Positions 1 to 9,126 are shown, counted from the first letter of the stretch. The stretch is 32,000 nt of DNA from Candidatus Nanoclepta minutus (GCA_003568775.1 MWMI01000003.1:1-32000); one strand, 5' to 3'. The notes: a model not told the origin generated them from the sequence alone. Made by a program: numbers and translations.

Positions 1-2
1 TA

Positions 3-194
3 TCAATAGCCAGAAGAGTAAATGCAAACGTAGTAATTCATGGACATACGCATCTTCCAAGATTTCTGTATGAAGATGGGATATATATAATAAATCCGGG
101 AAGTGCTACTGGAGTTAAATCTGGAGAAATAAAAGAGACGATTAAATCCATTTCTATACTAGAGATATCGGAGAGCTTAAAGGTAAGACTGTAA
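3..194 (+). CDS. Metallophosphoesterase (YfcE/MJ0936-like), C-terminal fragment; 5' end lies outside the window
   Basis: Own translation of frame 3 gives SIARRVNANVVIHGHTHLPRFLYEDGIYIINPGSATGVKSGEIKETIKSISILEISESLKVRL*. It has the GHTH and NPGS motifs of the C-terminal half of calcineurin-like phosphoesterases. It is truncated, so it is absent from the ORF track. Confidence 0.55.
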   Translation, partial: SIARRVNANVVIHGHTHLPRFLYEDGIYIINPGSATGVKSGEIKETIKSISILEISESLKVRL

Positions 195-328
195 GGGATT
201 TGTTAAATTCTTTAAACTTAGACTGGGCTAGGCATGTTGTAATAAGAAATGGAGAAATAGTTACGGAAGATGAAAAAATAAATGACGGAGATTATATAAA
301 GATTTTAGATGCTGTTTCTGGTGGTTGA
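146..328 (+). CDS. ThiS/MoaD/SAMP-like small beta-grasp protein ending in Gly-Gly; start codon unresolved
   Basis: Own translation of frame 2 after the TAA at 143-145 gives IHFYTRDIGELKGKTVRDLLNSLNLDWARHVVIRNGEIVTEDEKINDGDYIKILDAVSGG*. Length, the GKTVRDLL helix, the NGE..v..d..l.dGD..i pattern and the C-terminal GG fit the ThiS/MoaD family. There is no ATG or GTG in frame; the first TTG is at 200. The ORF overlaps the phosphoesterase 3' end out of frame. Confidence 0.35.
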   Translation: MHFYTRDIGELKGKTVRDLLNSLNLDWARHVVIRNGEIVTEDEKINDGDYIKILDAVSGG

Positions 329-330
329 AG

Positions 331-405
331 CGGGCCCGAGGGGATTTGAACCCCCGACCTACGGCTTAGAAGGCCGTCGCTCTATCCAAGCTGAGCTACG
401 GGCCC
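331..405 (-). tRNA. tRNA-Arg (anticodon TCT)
   Basis: The reverse complement folds as a cloverleaf: acceptor GGGCCCG/CGGGCCC, D arm GCTC..GAGC, anticodon stem ACGGC/GCCGT with loop CTTCTAA, T arm GGGGG-TTCAAAT-CCCCT, discriminator G. No encoded CCA and no intron. Confidence 0.9.
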
Positions 406-407
406 AT

Positions 408-1169
408 TTACATATTTTTTATATCAATATTAAAAGCCTTTTCAAAATTCCTTACTATCACATTTATTAACTCTTCAATTTCTATATTCCTTATCTTACT
501 AATTCTTTCTAGTCCATACATTATTTTCCATGAATTATTGTTCCTTCTTTCTATAGGATCTAGAAATGGTGCATCAGTTTCTGTTAATAAAAGGTCTAAC
601 GGTGTTTCTTTTGCTATTTCTTGTAAAGTTTTATCTTTATAGACGAATGCCGGTATAGAAATGTAGAAACCTTTATCGATAGCTTTTTTTAGATGTTCCT
701 TATTCCAAAAGGAATGTAAGATTTTTTTACAGTTGTAGGATTCGGATATTTCTATTGTTTCTAGTTCAGCATTCCTAGAGTGTAGTATAACAGGTTTTCT
801 AATTTTTTCCGCTAATTTTAGGAAATTTTCTAACCAAATTTCTTGCCTTTTTATTAGTTTATCATCTTTTATCCAATAAAAATCTAACCCAATTTCTCCT
901 ATTGCTAAGAATTTACTATCTTGAACTTTTTCAATGAAATCTATCTCTTTCTCTAAATATTCATCATCTTCCTTAACAAGGTCTGTTGGGTGATATCCTA
1001 GTGCATAATATACGATATCGTACCTTTTAGATTCTTCTATTACTTTCCTATTACTTTCCCTATTTATACCGTTCTCTAATATTATTTTTACGTTCTTTTC
1101 TAAGTTTTCCTTAATTTTTTCATCTATATTATCATAGAAGAATAGATGGGAGTGAGTGTCTATTAGCAT
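408..1169 (-). CDS. tatD: TatD-family metal-dependent hydrolase/DNase
   Basis: The ORF track gives 408..1193. The N-terminal MLIDTHSHLFF (HxH metal site) is the usual TatD start, so the ATG at 1169 is preferred over 1193. Further motifs are GEIGLDFYW, PVILHSRNA and LLTETDAPF. Confidence 0.8.
   Translation of the reverse strand: MLIDTHSHLFFYDNIDEKIKENLEKNVKIILENGINRESNRKVIEESKRYDIVYYALGYHPTDLVKEDDEYLEKEIDFIEKVQDSKFLAIGEIGLDFYWIKDDKLIKRQEIWLENFLKLAEKIRKPVILHSRNAELETIEISESYNCKKILHSFWNKEHLKKAIDKGFYISIPAFVYKDKTLQEIAKETPLDLLLTETDAPFLDPIERRNNNSWKIMYGLERISKIRNIEIEELINVIVRNFEKAFNIDIKNM
426..435 (-). promoter_or_regulatory. TATA-like element (TTTTAATATT) 21-30 nt upstream of tRNA-Arg position +1, embedded in the last codons of the TatD gene
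   Basis: The minus strand reads GGCTTTTAATATTGATATAAAAAATATGTAAAT|GGGCCCG. The spacing fits archaeal TATA-to-start distances. AT-rich background makes chance matches common. Confidence 0.3.
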
Positions 1170-1205
1170 CAATTCTATATAAAACCTTAACATTAATATA
1201 TTTCT

Positions 1206-3491
1206 ATGACATTCGATGTCTGGACTGAGAAATATAGACCAAAGGTTTTATCGGAAATAGTGGGTCAGGAGGAGATAGTAAGACATTTAAAGTCTTTTGT
1301 CGAGAACAAAAACTTACCGCATCTCTTATTCACCGGTCCACCAGGTGTTGGAAAAACTACAGCAGCTCTCGCATTGGCGAGAGAGTTATATGGGGATGAG
1401 AATTGGAGAGTAAACTTTTTAGAGCTAAATGCATCAGTATCTAAGAATACACCAATTTTAGTGAGGATTGATGGGAAGGTTTTAAGAACAACATTTGAAG
1501 AATTAGATAGAATATATTTTAATAGGGGTGATGTTCAAAGCATAGATGGTGGAGAATATGTAGAAGTTAACAACTTGGAGGTTCTTACTATTAATAAAGA
1601 TTTAAAGATAAATTGGGCTAAGGCAAAGTATTTAATAAGGCATAAAGTAGGTAAGATACTAAGAATAAGAGTAGATGGTGGAATATTGGAATTAACAGGA
1701 AATCATTCCGTTATGGTTTTAGATAAGGAGGGAAATATTGTAGCTAAGCATGCAAAGGATTTAAGGGAAGGAGAGTATTTAATAAGTTTTGTTACAAATT
1801 TAAATGGTAATAAGACTGAAATAGATGTAGAAGGAGAGCTATATAATGTAAATTCTAGAACTGTAGTTTTGCAGAAAATGAAATTGGATGAAGAGTTGGC
1901 ATGGGCAATGGGTTTGTTCTTGGCTGAAGGTTCTATTGGACTTAAAGAATATACTTCTGGACAATTAATTTATACAGTGGCTTATCCAAAAGAGATAAAA
2001 TATATTGAGAAGATTAAGGAGTTGGCAGAGAGATGTAGTATACCCTATTATATTAATCTCACTTCTTCAGGATTTAATAGAAATAGATTTTCCGCAATTC
2101 AAATAAGATTACTATCTACACAATTAGTAAGAGCTTTTAGAAAATGGTTTTATAATGGTGATAGAAAGAATGCTCATACTAAGAAGGTACCAGGTTTTAT
2201 TTATGAAGCTCCAATAAAAGTTAGATTGGCATTTTTAAAAGGTATGGCTGACGGGGATGGTAGTGGAGAATGGGAGGAGGTGATAAGAATATCTTCAAGT
2301 TCAAAGAACTTATTGATAGATTTAGCATGGTTGGGAAGAATCTCTGGTATAGAAACATCTGTATTTAATGGAGAGGTAAGATTAATATGGAAAGATAGTA
2401 TGAAATATAAAAAGTCTGATCTATTACCTGCAAAACCATTTATAGATCTCTTTGAAAAAATATCTTCTAAAATAAAGATAAACTGGAGATATATTTTGAG
2501 ACATCAAATATACGAAAATAAAGATAAGGTATCTAAGGATAAAATATTATATGTTTTAAAGAATGTAGATATCAATAGGCTAACTAAGGAAGAGAAGGAA
2601 AGATATTATAAGTTATTAACCTTAGCTAAATCAGATTTATACGTGGCTAAAATAAAGAGGATTGAGGTAATAGATTATAATGATTATGTCTATGATATCT
2701 CAGTTCCTGGAAATGAGATGTTCTTTGCAGGAGAGATACCAGTATTATTGCATAACTCAGACGAACGCGGTATAGACGTTATAAGGGAAAAGGTAAAGGA
2801 GTTTGCTAGAACAAAACCGATAGGAGATGTTCCTTTTAAGATTATCTTCTTAGATGAAGCAGATGCAATGACAAGGGATGCTCAACAGGCTTTAAGAAGG
2901 ATAATGGAGCAATATGCTGCAGTTACTAGGTTTATACTTTCCTGTAATTATTCTTCAAAAATTATTGAACCTATTCAGTCAAGAACTGTAGTATTTAGGT
3001 TTAAACCACTCTCTAAGGAAAATGTATTTAACTTGTTAAGGAGGATAGCGGAGGGTGAGGGATTAAATATAGATGATGAGGCATTAGAAGCTTTATATTA
3101 TGTTTCAGAAGGTGATATGAGGAAAGCTATAAACTTATTACAAGCAGCTTCTTTATATAGCAAGAATGTAACTGCAGATATAATATATGAGGCAGCCTCT
3201 GTAGCTAAACCAAAAGAATTACAGGAAATACTAAACTTAGCTTATTCTGGTAAATTCGTTGAGGCTAGAGAAAAGTTAATTGATATAATGATAAAGTATG
3301 GTCTAGCTGGAGAAGATCTAATAAAGTATATTTCTAAGGAAATAAATAATATGAATATACCTGAAAAGGAAAAGTTAGAGATCTTGTACTATGCTGGGGA
3401 AGTTGAATTTAGGTTAATGGAAGGGGGAAACCCCATTGTTCAGCTAGGAGCTCTCTTAGCCTATTTAGGACTTAAAGGACTTAAAAAATGA
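1206..3491 (+). CDS. rfcS: Replication factor C small subunit, interrupted by an in-frame intein
   Basis: WTEKYRP, Walker [10 protein letters not shown] and ELNA lie before the insert. [12 protein letters not shown], Walker [14 protein letters not shown] and QSRT follow it. The exteins total 320 aa. Confidence 0.9.
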   Translation: MTFDVWTEKYRPKVLSEIVGQEEIVRHLKSFVENKNLPHLLFTGPPGVGKTTAALALARELYGDENWRVNFLELNASVSKNTPILVRIDGKVLRTTFEELDRIYFNRGDVQSIDGGEYVEVNNLEVLTINKDLKINWAKAKYLIRHKVGKILRIRVDGGILELTGNHSVMVLDKEGNIVAKHAKDLREGEYLISFVTNLNGNKTEIDVEGELYNVNSRTVVLQKMKLDEELAWAMGLFLAEGSIGLKEYTSGQLIYTVAYPKEIKYIEKIKELAERCSIPYYINLTSSGFNRNRFSAIQIRLLSTQLVRAFRKWFYNGDRKNAHTKKVPGFIYEAPIKVRLAFLKGMADGDGSGEWEEVIRISSSSKNLLIDLAWLGRISGIETSVFNGEVRLIWKDSMKYKKSDLLPAKPFIDLFEKISSKIKINWRYILRHQIYENKDKVSKDKILYVLKNVDINRLTKEEKERYYKLLTLAKSDLYVAKIKRIEVIDYNDYVYDISVPGNEMFFAGEIPVLLHNSDERGIDVIREKVKEFARTKPIGDVPFKIIFLDEADAMTRDAQQALRRIMEQYAAVTRFILSCNYSSKIIEPIQSRTVVFRFKPLSKENVFNLLRRIAEGEGLNIDDEALEALYYVSEGDMRKAINLLQAASLYSKNVTADIIYEAASVAKPKELQEILNLAYSGKFVEAREKLIDIMIKYGLAGEDLIKYISKEINNMNIPEKEKLEILYYAGEVEFRLMEGGNPIVQLGALLAYLGLKGLKK
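1434..2756 (+). mobile_element. Intein (441 aa) with LAGLIDADG homing-endonuclease domain inside rfcS
   Basis: Starts with Ser ([14 protein letters not shown], block A). Block B is TGNHSVMV. The two LAGLIDADG motifs are [14 protein letters not shown] and [14 protein letters not shown]. Block F is [15 protein letters not shown]. It ends VLLHN and is followed by Ser+1. Confidence 0.85.
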
Positions 3492-3898
3492 TAGATATCA
3501 CGAAGATCCCAAGGTTAGTAATTTGGGTAGGTATTTCAATCTTTGTAATATTTTTAATATATTTAGGCTACAATTTCCTCCAGTATAATGTTATGAAGCC
3601 TTATGAGAGGTATTTCGTTGCAGATTGTTATTATAACGATAATAGTTCTCTTATAATAATTACTGCGAAAAGAGATATATCAAATGTAAATATTACTGAT
3701 TTGGACTATTCAAGTTACTGTTTTATCAAACAATTAAGCAAAGATTCTATGGATGCCTGTAGGATAAGTAATAGAGAAGAAGGTGGGAAGGTCTTAGTTA
3801 AGGTAACCTTCTCATCCGATAATTTTACTTATTCCGCAATAGTTCCTTGTAGGGTTGAGGAGAAGAAAGGTTTATTAAGCTGGTTATTAGGTAAATAA
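3488..3898 (+). CDS. Hypothetical single-pass membrane/surface protein (4 Cys, NxS/T sequons)
   Basis: 136-aa ORF with an N-terminal hydrophobic helix ([19 protein letters not shown]). It is linked by ATGA to rfcS and by TAATG to rfcL. I recognise no family. Confidence 0.5.
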   Translation: MIDITKIPRLVIWVGISIFVIFLIYLGYNFLQYNVMKPYERYFVADCYYNDNSSLIIITAKRDISNVNITDLDYSSYCFIKQLSKDSMDACRISNREEGGKVLVKVTFSSDNFTYSAIVPCRVEEKKGLLSWLLGK

Positions 3899-5118
3899 TG
3901 CTTTGGGTTAGAAAATACGCGCCGAAGAATTCTTACGAGATAATAAATCAATCGGATGCTATTAAAAAAATAAAGGATTTTATACTAAATTATAGAAAAT
4001 ACGAGAAGAAAGCATTACTTTTGTGGGGACCACCAGGAGTTGGAAAGACATGTTCTGTATATGCTATAGCAAGGGAGTTTGGATATGAGGTAGTAGAGCT
4101 TAATGCATCCGATGTTAGGGCTGCAAGAAACATACATGAAAAATTAGATGAGGCTATAAAAGGTAAACCATTCTTCCATAAGGGTAGAATAATATTTATA
4201 GATGAAGTCGATGGTTTGGCTGGTAAGTATGATAGAGGCGGAGCATCCGCAATTGTAAACATAATAAAAGAATCTATCTGGCCAGTAATATTAGCAGCTA
4301 ATGATCCTTGGGATCCAAACTTAAGGAAAATTAGGGAAGTCTGTGAGTTAGTCAAATTTAAGGAACTGTCTAATACAGAAATTTTTAAAGCATTAAAGAA
4401 AATAGCATCTGCAGAAAAACTTGAGGTAGACGATAAGGTACTTTGGAATTTGGCTGAAAGATCACAGGGAGATCTTAGAAGTGCTATTAACGATTTACAA
4501 ACCTTATCTGGATTAAAAAGAAGGATTCTTATACAGGATTTAGCTATTTTGGGATATAGAGAGAGGGAGATAGAAATATTTAAAGCTCTTGGAGCAATGT
4601 TTAAGGCATCTACTTTATCTGCAGCTAAAAATGTATTTAATAATGTTGATATGGATCCTGAGGAAATAGAGGGCTGGATAGAAGAAAATATAGCTAATAA
4701 ATATGAAGATATTAGGGACATATTCGAAGCATATGATTGGATGAGTAAGGCTAGGATATTTTATGGCAGGATTTATGTTAGACAGTATTGGGACCTCCTG
4801 AAGTACTATACAGCGATAATGTATGGAGGAGTAGCCCTAGCTAAAAGTAAACAATATGAAAAATTTACTAAGTTCAGGATGCCGAGCTATGTTAGGAGGC
4901 TCTCTAGGAGTAAGGATATAAGGGAGAGGTTAGAGAACTTATTGGGGGATTTAAGTAGGAAGGTTCATAGTTCTAAGAAGAGGGTGAGGGAGGTGTATAT
5001 AAATATAGTTTATGGATTAATAGATAAGCATCCAGAAGTTGCTAAGAGTTATTTGAGGAATCTAGGATTAAAAGAAGAAGAAATAGACTTTATAATTCAG
5101 AATTTAAAGAGCTTATGA
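3898..5118 (+). CDS. rfcL: Replication factor C large subunit
   Basis: WVRKYAPK, Walker [18 protein letters not shown], Walker B FIDEVDG and GDLRSAINDLQ; 406 aa. Confidence 0.85.
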   Translation: MLWVRKYAPKNSYEIINQSDAIKKIKDFILNYRKYEKKALLLWGPPGVGKTCSVYAIAREFGYEVVELNASDVRAARNIHEKLDEAIKGKPFFHKGRIIFIDEVDGLAGKYDRGGASAIVNIIKESIWPVILAANDPWDPNLRKIREVCELVKFKELSNTEIFKALKKIASAEKLEVDDKVLWNLAERSQGDLRSAINDLQTLSGLKRRILIQDLAILGYREREIEIFKALGAMFKASTLSAAKNVFNNVDMDPEEIEGWIEENIANKYEDIRDIFEAYDWMSKARIFYGRIYVRQYWDLLKYYTAIMYGGVALAKSKQYEKFTKFRMPSYVRRLSRSKDIRERLENLLGDLSRKVHSSKKRVREVYINIVYGLIDKHPEVAKSYLRNLGLKEEEIDFIIQNLKSL

Positions 5119-5570
5119 GGATACTAAATAAAAAAGAGTTGGATAGAATAATGAAGATATTGAAGGATTATTATAAAATGAGAGAGATACCACTTAATTT
5201 GAAAGATTTTATTTTTGTGATCAATAAAGATAATAAGATATTTATTTTTAGGAAAGAAGTCCAAAATTTTTTGAAGAAAGTAAAGGTTGATCCATCTAAC
5301 AATGGTCTATATATTTTGAAAATTGAAGATGATGGAATAAGGTTTAGTATAGAAGGATCACAGATCTTCGGCCCGTATGCAGAAGGAAAGGTTATTGAAG
5401 TTGATTTAGAAGAGGTTTTTCGCTCTTCTGAATCGGAAAGGAGAGTTGAGTTAAGTCTCGAAGAGGGTTTCTATATAGCTAAGAGGGGGAACGATTTTGG
5501 TGGCAGTGTAAAGATAAAGAAAAATAAAATGAAAGATTTTATACCTAAAGACAGGAAGATCTATACCTGA
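5115..5570 (+). CDS. NIP7-like pre-PUA/PUA RNA-binding protein (ribosome-biogenesis factor homologue)
   Basis: 151 aa. The layout resembles archaeal NIP7: an N-terminal ELDRI..K helix, a central GLYILKIEDDGIRFSIEG beta region, and a C-terminal small PUA-like segment. The assignment rests on remembered family patterns only. Confidence 0.45.
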   Translation: MRILNKKELDRIMKILKDYYKMREIPLNLKDFIFVINKDNKIFIFRKEVQNFLKKVKVDPSNNGLYILKIEDDGIRFSIEGSQIFGPYAEGKVIEVDLEEVFRSSESERRVELSLEEGFYIAKRGNDFGGSVKIKKNKMKDFIPKDRKIYT

Positions 5571-7213
5571 GGAACTTGTAGGAAGGTGGGTAGGACTTGT
5601 TCAAAGAATATACCCGTTATTATGTATAGGCCTAAACCGATCCATAGTAATAAGGTAAAATCTATGAATATACCAAGCTTTGACCCTCCATCTATGTTTT
5701 TTAATGTTAGGGCAATCATAAACGCTTGAAATATTGTTAAAATCTTTACTATCAGGGAAATAACGTTGATATCTATATTTAATTGGAAGAGGGGTATTCC
5801 TAGCATTCCAGTAATTTCTGCAGATACTAAAGTTGCTAAGCTTTCAAATAAGGTTTTCATAACGCTTACTATGTATACGGTTACGAATAGTACCATAGAG
5901 AATGCTATGAACCCACCATAGAAGAAACCTCTAGCACCAGAAACGAACCTATCTTTCATGCTTCTTAGTTCGATTATTGATAATAGAATATCGTATAACC
6001 TTTTGCTAGCCTTTTCTATATCCCCACCAGCTTCCAACATTTTATAGAATGGTTGGGTTATCTTCTGTATGAGATTGCTCCCTATCTCTACAATGAAATA
6101 GTACCAGGATTCCTTGTAGTTTCTAGTTATAGTTATCCTATTATATAGCCTATTTACGTTTTCGTTTAATTCACCAAAATCATGTATTCTAGCACTTTCT
6201 AATATCTTTACTTGGTTGTTTCCAAAGACGGAGGATAGTCCTACAATAGTATTGAAGAAGCCCGAAAATTTCTCTTCCTTTTTCTTTAATAGCTTTTCCA
6301 ATATGTTAATTCTATAGCTTATATATAATAGTGGTACTGATGCTATTGAAGAGCTAATGAAGGGGTCTTGCCATATTCTGAATGATAATGAAAATATTAG
6401 CATGAATAGAGATAAGGATAGGATGAATAGATTAAAGAGTCTCTTATATTCGTCAGGTTTATCCTTTGTGGATACCCATAGATAATCTTCGGGTAAGGCG
6501 TATCTAGATAGGGAATATATTAGCACGTTAGTTGATATTAGGGCTACTAAAAAGAATACAAAAGCTTTAACTACGTCTATAGCCATTAACAGTGGTAATA
6601 TTAATAGTATTACAAAGGTAAATGCTAATGAGGTAAGAATAGACATGCCCAATTCTTGTAAAGTTCTCACATTTTCCAAACCTTTTTTATAGTTTGTTTG
6701 ATAGGTTTCTATTACTTTCTTGTGTTCTCTCTCCAAGAAGTCTGTAAGTTCTTCTCCTATCTCTATGGAAGTCGCTAACCTCTCTATAAACCCTTTGAAT
6801 TCGGAGTTTACAACGTAAGGTAGGATATACCTAATAGCCTCCGGTATTGTGAAGTTATATCTGTTTGAAAGGTAAAGTATCCTCTTGAATATCTTTGAGA
6901 TCTCCTTGTATTCCTCAGCTTCGGAAGCCAATTCGAATAATCTCTTCATGTTCGTTGTGGCAAAGGTTAGAGAATACATATATGCAAGGAAATACTGAAG
7001 GTCCTTATCTAATAGGTATTTTATCTTATAATAGTTAAGTACTATTATCTGAATAGCTATAAGGATGTAGACTGATAAGAGGAGTATGATGAATTCTGTA
7101 GATAGATTTGGGAACAATGCTGAGAAAATAGACAGAGTTACTATGAATAAGATTGAGGTTATTAGTAGAGGTCTGAACGATTCCTTAAATACTGAGATAA
7201 GGGATTCAAGCAT
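5561..7213 (-). CDS. Polytopic membrane protein, FlaJ/TadC/PilC-type (two T2SS-F-like repeats) secretion/pilus platform
   Basis: 550 aa with many TM helices. It has two cytoplasmic helical modules of the T2SSF pattern (FIERLATSIEIGEELTDFL and FYKMLEAGGDIEKASKRL). Confidence 0.55.
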   Translation of the reverse strand: MLESLISVFKESFRPLLITSILFIVTLSIFSALFPNLSTEFIILLLSVYILIAIQIIVLNYYKIKYLLDKDLQYFLAYMYSLTFATTNMKRLFELASEAEEYKEISKIFKRILYLSNRYNFTIPEAIRYILPYVVNSEFKGFIERLATSIEIGEELTDFLEREHKKVIETYQTNYKKGLENVRTLQELGMSILTSLAFTFVILLILPLLMAIDVVKAFVFFLVALISTNVLIYSLSRYALPEDYLWVSTKDKPDEYKRLFNLFILSLSLFMLIFSLSFRIWQDPFISSSIASVPLLYISYRINILEKLLKKKEEKFSGFFNTIVGLSSVFGNNQVKILESARIHDFGELNENVNRLYNRITITRNYKESWYYFIVEIGSNLIQKITQPFYKMLEAGGDIEKASKRLYDILLSIIELRSMKDRFVSGARGFFYGGFIAFSMVLFVTVYIVSVMKTLFESLATLVSAEITGMLGIPLFQLNIDINVISLIVKILTIFQAFMIALTLKNIDGGSKLGIFIDFTLLLWIGLGLYIITGIFFEQVLPTFLQVPQV

Positions 7214-7276
7214 ATTATCAAGTATGTTCTTTCTAACTTAAAATTTTAATAAACTTTCCTCTTTAATCATATATCC

Positions 7277-8107
7277 ATGACTATTAATGCTAATGTGTAT
7301 GACTGGGAATGTAAGGTTATAAGAACTATAGAGCTACCCGAACATTTTCAAGAAGAAGTTAGGGTAGATATAATAAGGAAAGTAACCTATTCTTATTGGT
7401 CTAATAGAAGACAGCCGTATGGTTCATATAAGTTCGCTGGAATGGAGGCATCCGCATGGACTAGTAAGAGGAGGAGGACTTATAGGACATCATATGGATT
7501 TGGAATTTCTAGGGTACCTAGATCCATTTTTTCTGGACATTGGGGATATTATTTTCTATGGTATGCTAGGATTGTCCCAAACGCCGTAAAAGGAAGGAGA
7601 GCTCATCCACCTAAACCTGAAAAAATCTGGAGGGTAAAAGTAAATAAAAAGGAAAAGAAAAAGGCAATAAGATCAGCAATTGCAGCTTCTATTAAAGAGG
7701 AAATGATAAAAAATAGATATCCTAAATTGTTTAAATATATAAAACCTGTCATTGACAAATATAAACTTCCTTTAATTATTTCAGATTTAGAAAAGGTTAA
7801 GAAGACAAGAGAACTTAAGGATATTTTGTATAGTTTCGGTCTAAAGGAAACATTAGAATACATAAAGGAATTTAGAAGGAACAGGGCAGGTTCTGGTAAG
7901 AGGAGAGGAAGAAGGTTAGAGAGACATAGAGGTATCTTAGTCGTTGTTTCTTCAGATTTCAATAATTATAAATTAAAGTTAGAGGGAGTTGAGGTAGAGA
8001 AGGTAGATAGATTGGATATAGATAAGTTAGCACCTGGTGGAGAGCCAGGAAGGTTTATAATATGGAGCGATAAGGCCATAGAAGAATTAAACAATCTTTA
8101 TATATAA
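7277..8107 (+). CDS. rpl4: 50S ribosomal protein uL4 (L4)
   Basis: LP..F......d.i.r......sn.RQPYG....AG, SWGTGRA-type region and RRAHPPK; followed by L23 and L2 as in the S10 operon. Confidence 0.9.
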   Translation: MTINANVYDWECKVIRTIELPEHFQEEVRVDIIRKVTYSYWSNRRQPYGSYKFAGMEASAWTSKRRRTYRTSYGFGISRVPRSIFSGHWGYYFLWYARIVPNAVKGRRAHPPKPEKIWRVKVNKKEKKKAIRSAIAASIKEEMIKNRYPKLFKYIKPVIDKYKLPLIISDLEKVKKTRELKDILYSFGLKETLEYIKEFRRNRAGSGKRRGRRLERHRGILVVVSSDFNNYKLKLEGVEVEKVDRLDIDKLAPGGEPGRFIIWSDKAIEELNNLYI

Positions 8108-8367
8108 TGGAAGCAGAGAATATTCTAGTTAGGGCATTAGTTACAGAAAAAACCATTAGAATGGCAGAGAGGGACAATAAAGTAGCTTTTATTGTTAATA
8201 GAAATGCTAATAAGACTCAAATAAAGGAGGCAGTTGAAAAAATATTCAATGTAAAAGTTGAAAAAGTTAATACTTTAATACTTCCAAATGGGGAGAAGAA
8301 AGCATATGTTAAACTTAAGAAAGATTATAAGGCCACAGATGTTTTATCAAAACTTGGTCTAATGTAA
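8107..8367 (+). CDS. rpl23: 50S ribosomal protein uL23 (L23)
   Basis: 86 aa with LVTEKTIRMAE.DNKVAFIV, NKTQIKEAVEKIFNVKVEKVNT and KKAYVKL. The start overlaps the L4 stop (TAATG). Confidence 0.9.
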   Translation: MEAENILVRALVTEKTIRMAERDNKVAFIVNRNANKTQIKEAVEKIFNVKVEKVNTLILPNGEKKAYVKLKKDYKATDVLSKLGLM

Positions 8368-8368
8368 A

Positions 8369-9124
8369 ATGGGGGGAAATACTCTAATTCAACAGAGAAG
8401 GGGTAAGGGAAAGTCAGTATATAAGTTACCTAGTCATTTCACAAAATATAGGCTCATGTATAGAAGCTTAGATGAGAAAGAGATGAAAGGTTCTGTTAAA
8501 GGAAGAGTTGTTGATATATCGAAAGATAAGATACATTATGCGCCGATAATGTACGTCGAATACGAGGATGGAACTTCTGCCTACTTACCTGCTGTTGAAG
8601 GGATCTATGTTGGGAAAGAGGTTCATGCAGGTTTAAATTCGCCTTTAGAAATAGGAAACGTATTACCATTAAAGGCAATACCTGTCGGTACGCAGGTTTG
8701 TATGGTAGAGATAAACCCCGGGGATGGAGGAAAGATCGCTAGAGCATCGGGCACATATGCAGTTTTAATGCAGAAGACCGAAGATAAAGCCATCCTTAGC
8801 TTACCTTCTAAGAGGAACAAAGTAGTGAGCATATTTTCTAGGGCTATGATTGGTGTAGTTGCTGGTGGAGGTAGGAAGGATAAGCCATTCGTGAAGGCAG
8901 GTATTAAATACTATTACATGAAATCTCATCATAGATATTGGCCTATTGTAGCTGCAGTAGCTAAGAACGCGGCAGATCATCCGTTTGGAGGAAAACACAA
9001 GAGGAATAAGGGAAGTAAGACCCCATTACCTAAACATGGATATCCAATTAAGTATGGTCATTATGGATCTAGGAAGACGGGAAGAGGTAAGAAAGGCCAA
9101 ATAGAAGATAGAAGGAATGATTAA
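8369..9124 (+). CDS. rpl2: 50S ribosomal protein uL2 (L2)
   Basis: QRRGKG, the GDGGKIARASG-type motif, DHPFGGKH and GRGKK. Confidence 0.95.
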   Translation: MGGNTLIQQRRGKGKSVYKLPSHFTKYRLMYRSLDEKEMKGSVKGRVVDISKDKIHYAPIMYVEYEDGTSAYLPAVEGIYVGKEVHAGLNSPLEIGNVLPLKAIPVGTQVCMVEINPGDGGKIARASGTYAVLMQKTEDKAILSLPSKRNKVVSIFSRAMIGVVAGGGRKDKPFVKAGIKYYYMKSHHRYWPIVAAVAKNAADHPFGGKHKRNKGSKTPLPKHGYPIKYGHYGSRKTGRGKKGQIEDRRND

Positions 9125-9126
9125 AA

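Noticed and set aside
3075-3086. 12-nt identity (GATGAGGCATTA) between rfcS mRNA sense strand and the candidate C/D sRNA (27284-27295, minus strand)
   Set aside because: The two sequences are in the same sense, not complementary, so no guide-target pairing is possible. It was noticed only because both contain an ATGA-type box, and is most likely coincidence.
3990-4721. 243-aa ORF antisense to the RFC large subunit gene
   Set aside because: It lies entirely within a well-supported conserved gene. Its translation is S/L/I/A-rich low complexity with no recognisable motif. The open frame is explained by the purine-rich codon usage of the sense strand, because antisense stops there would need sense-strand T/C-ending codons followed by TAN or CAN codons.
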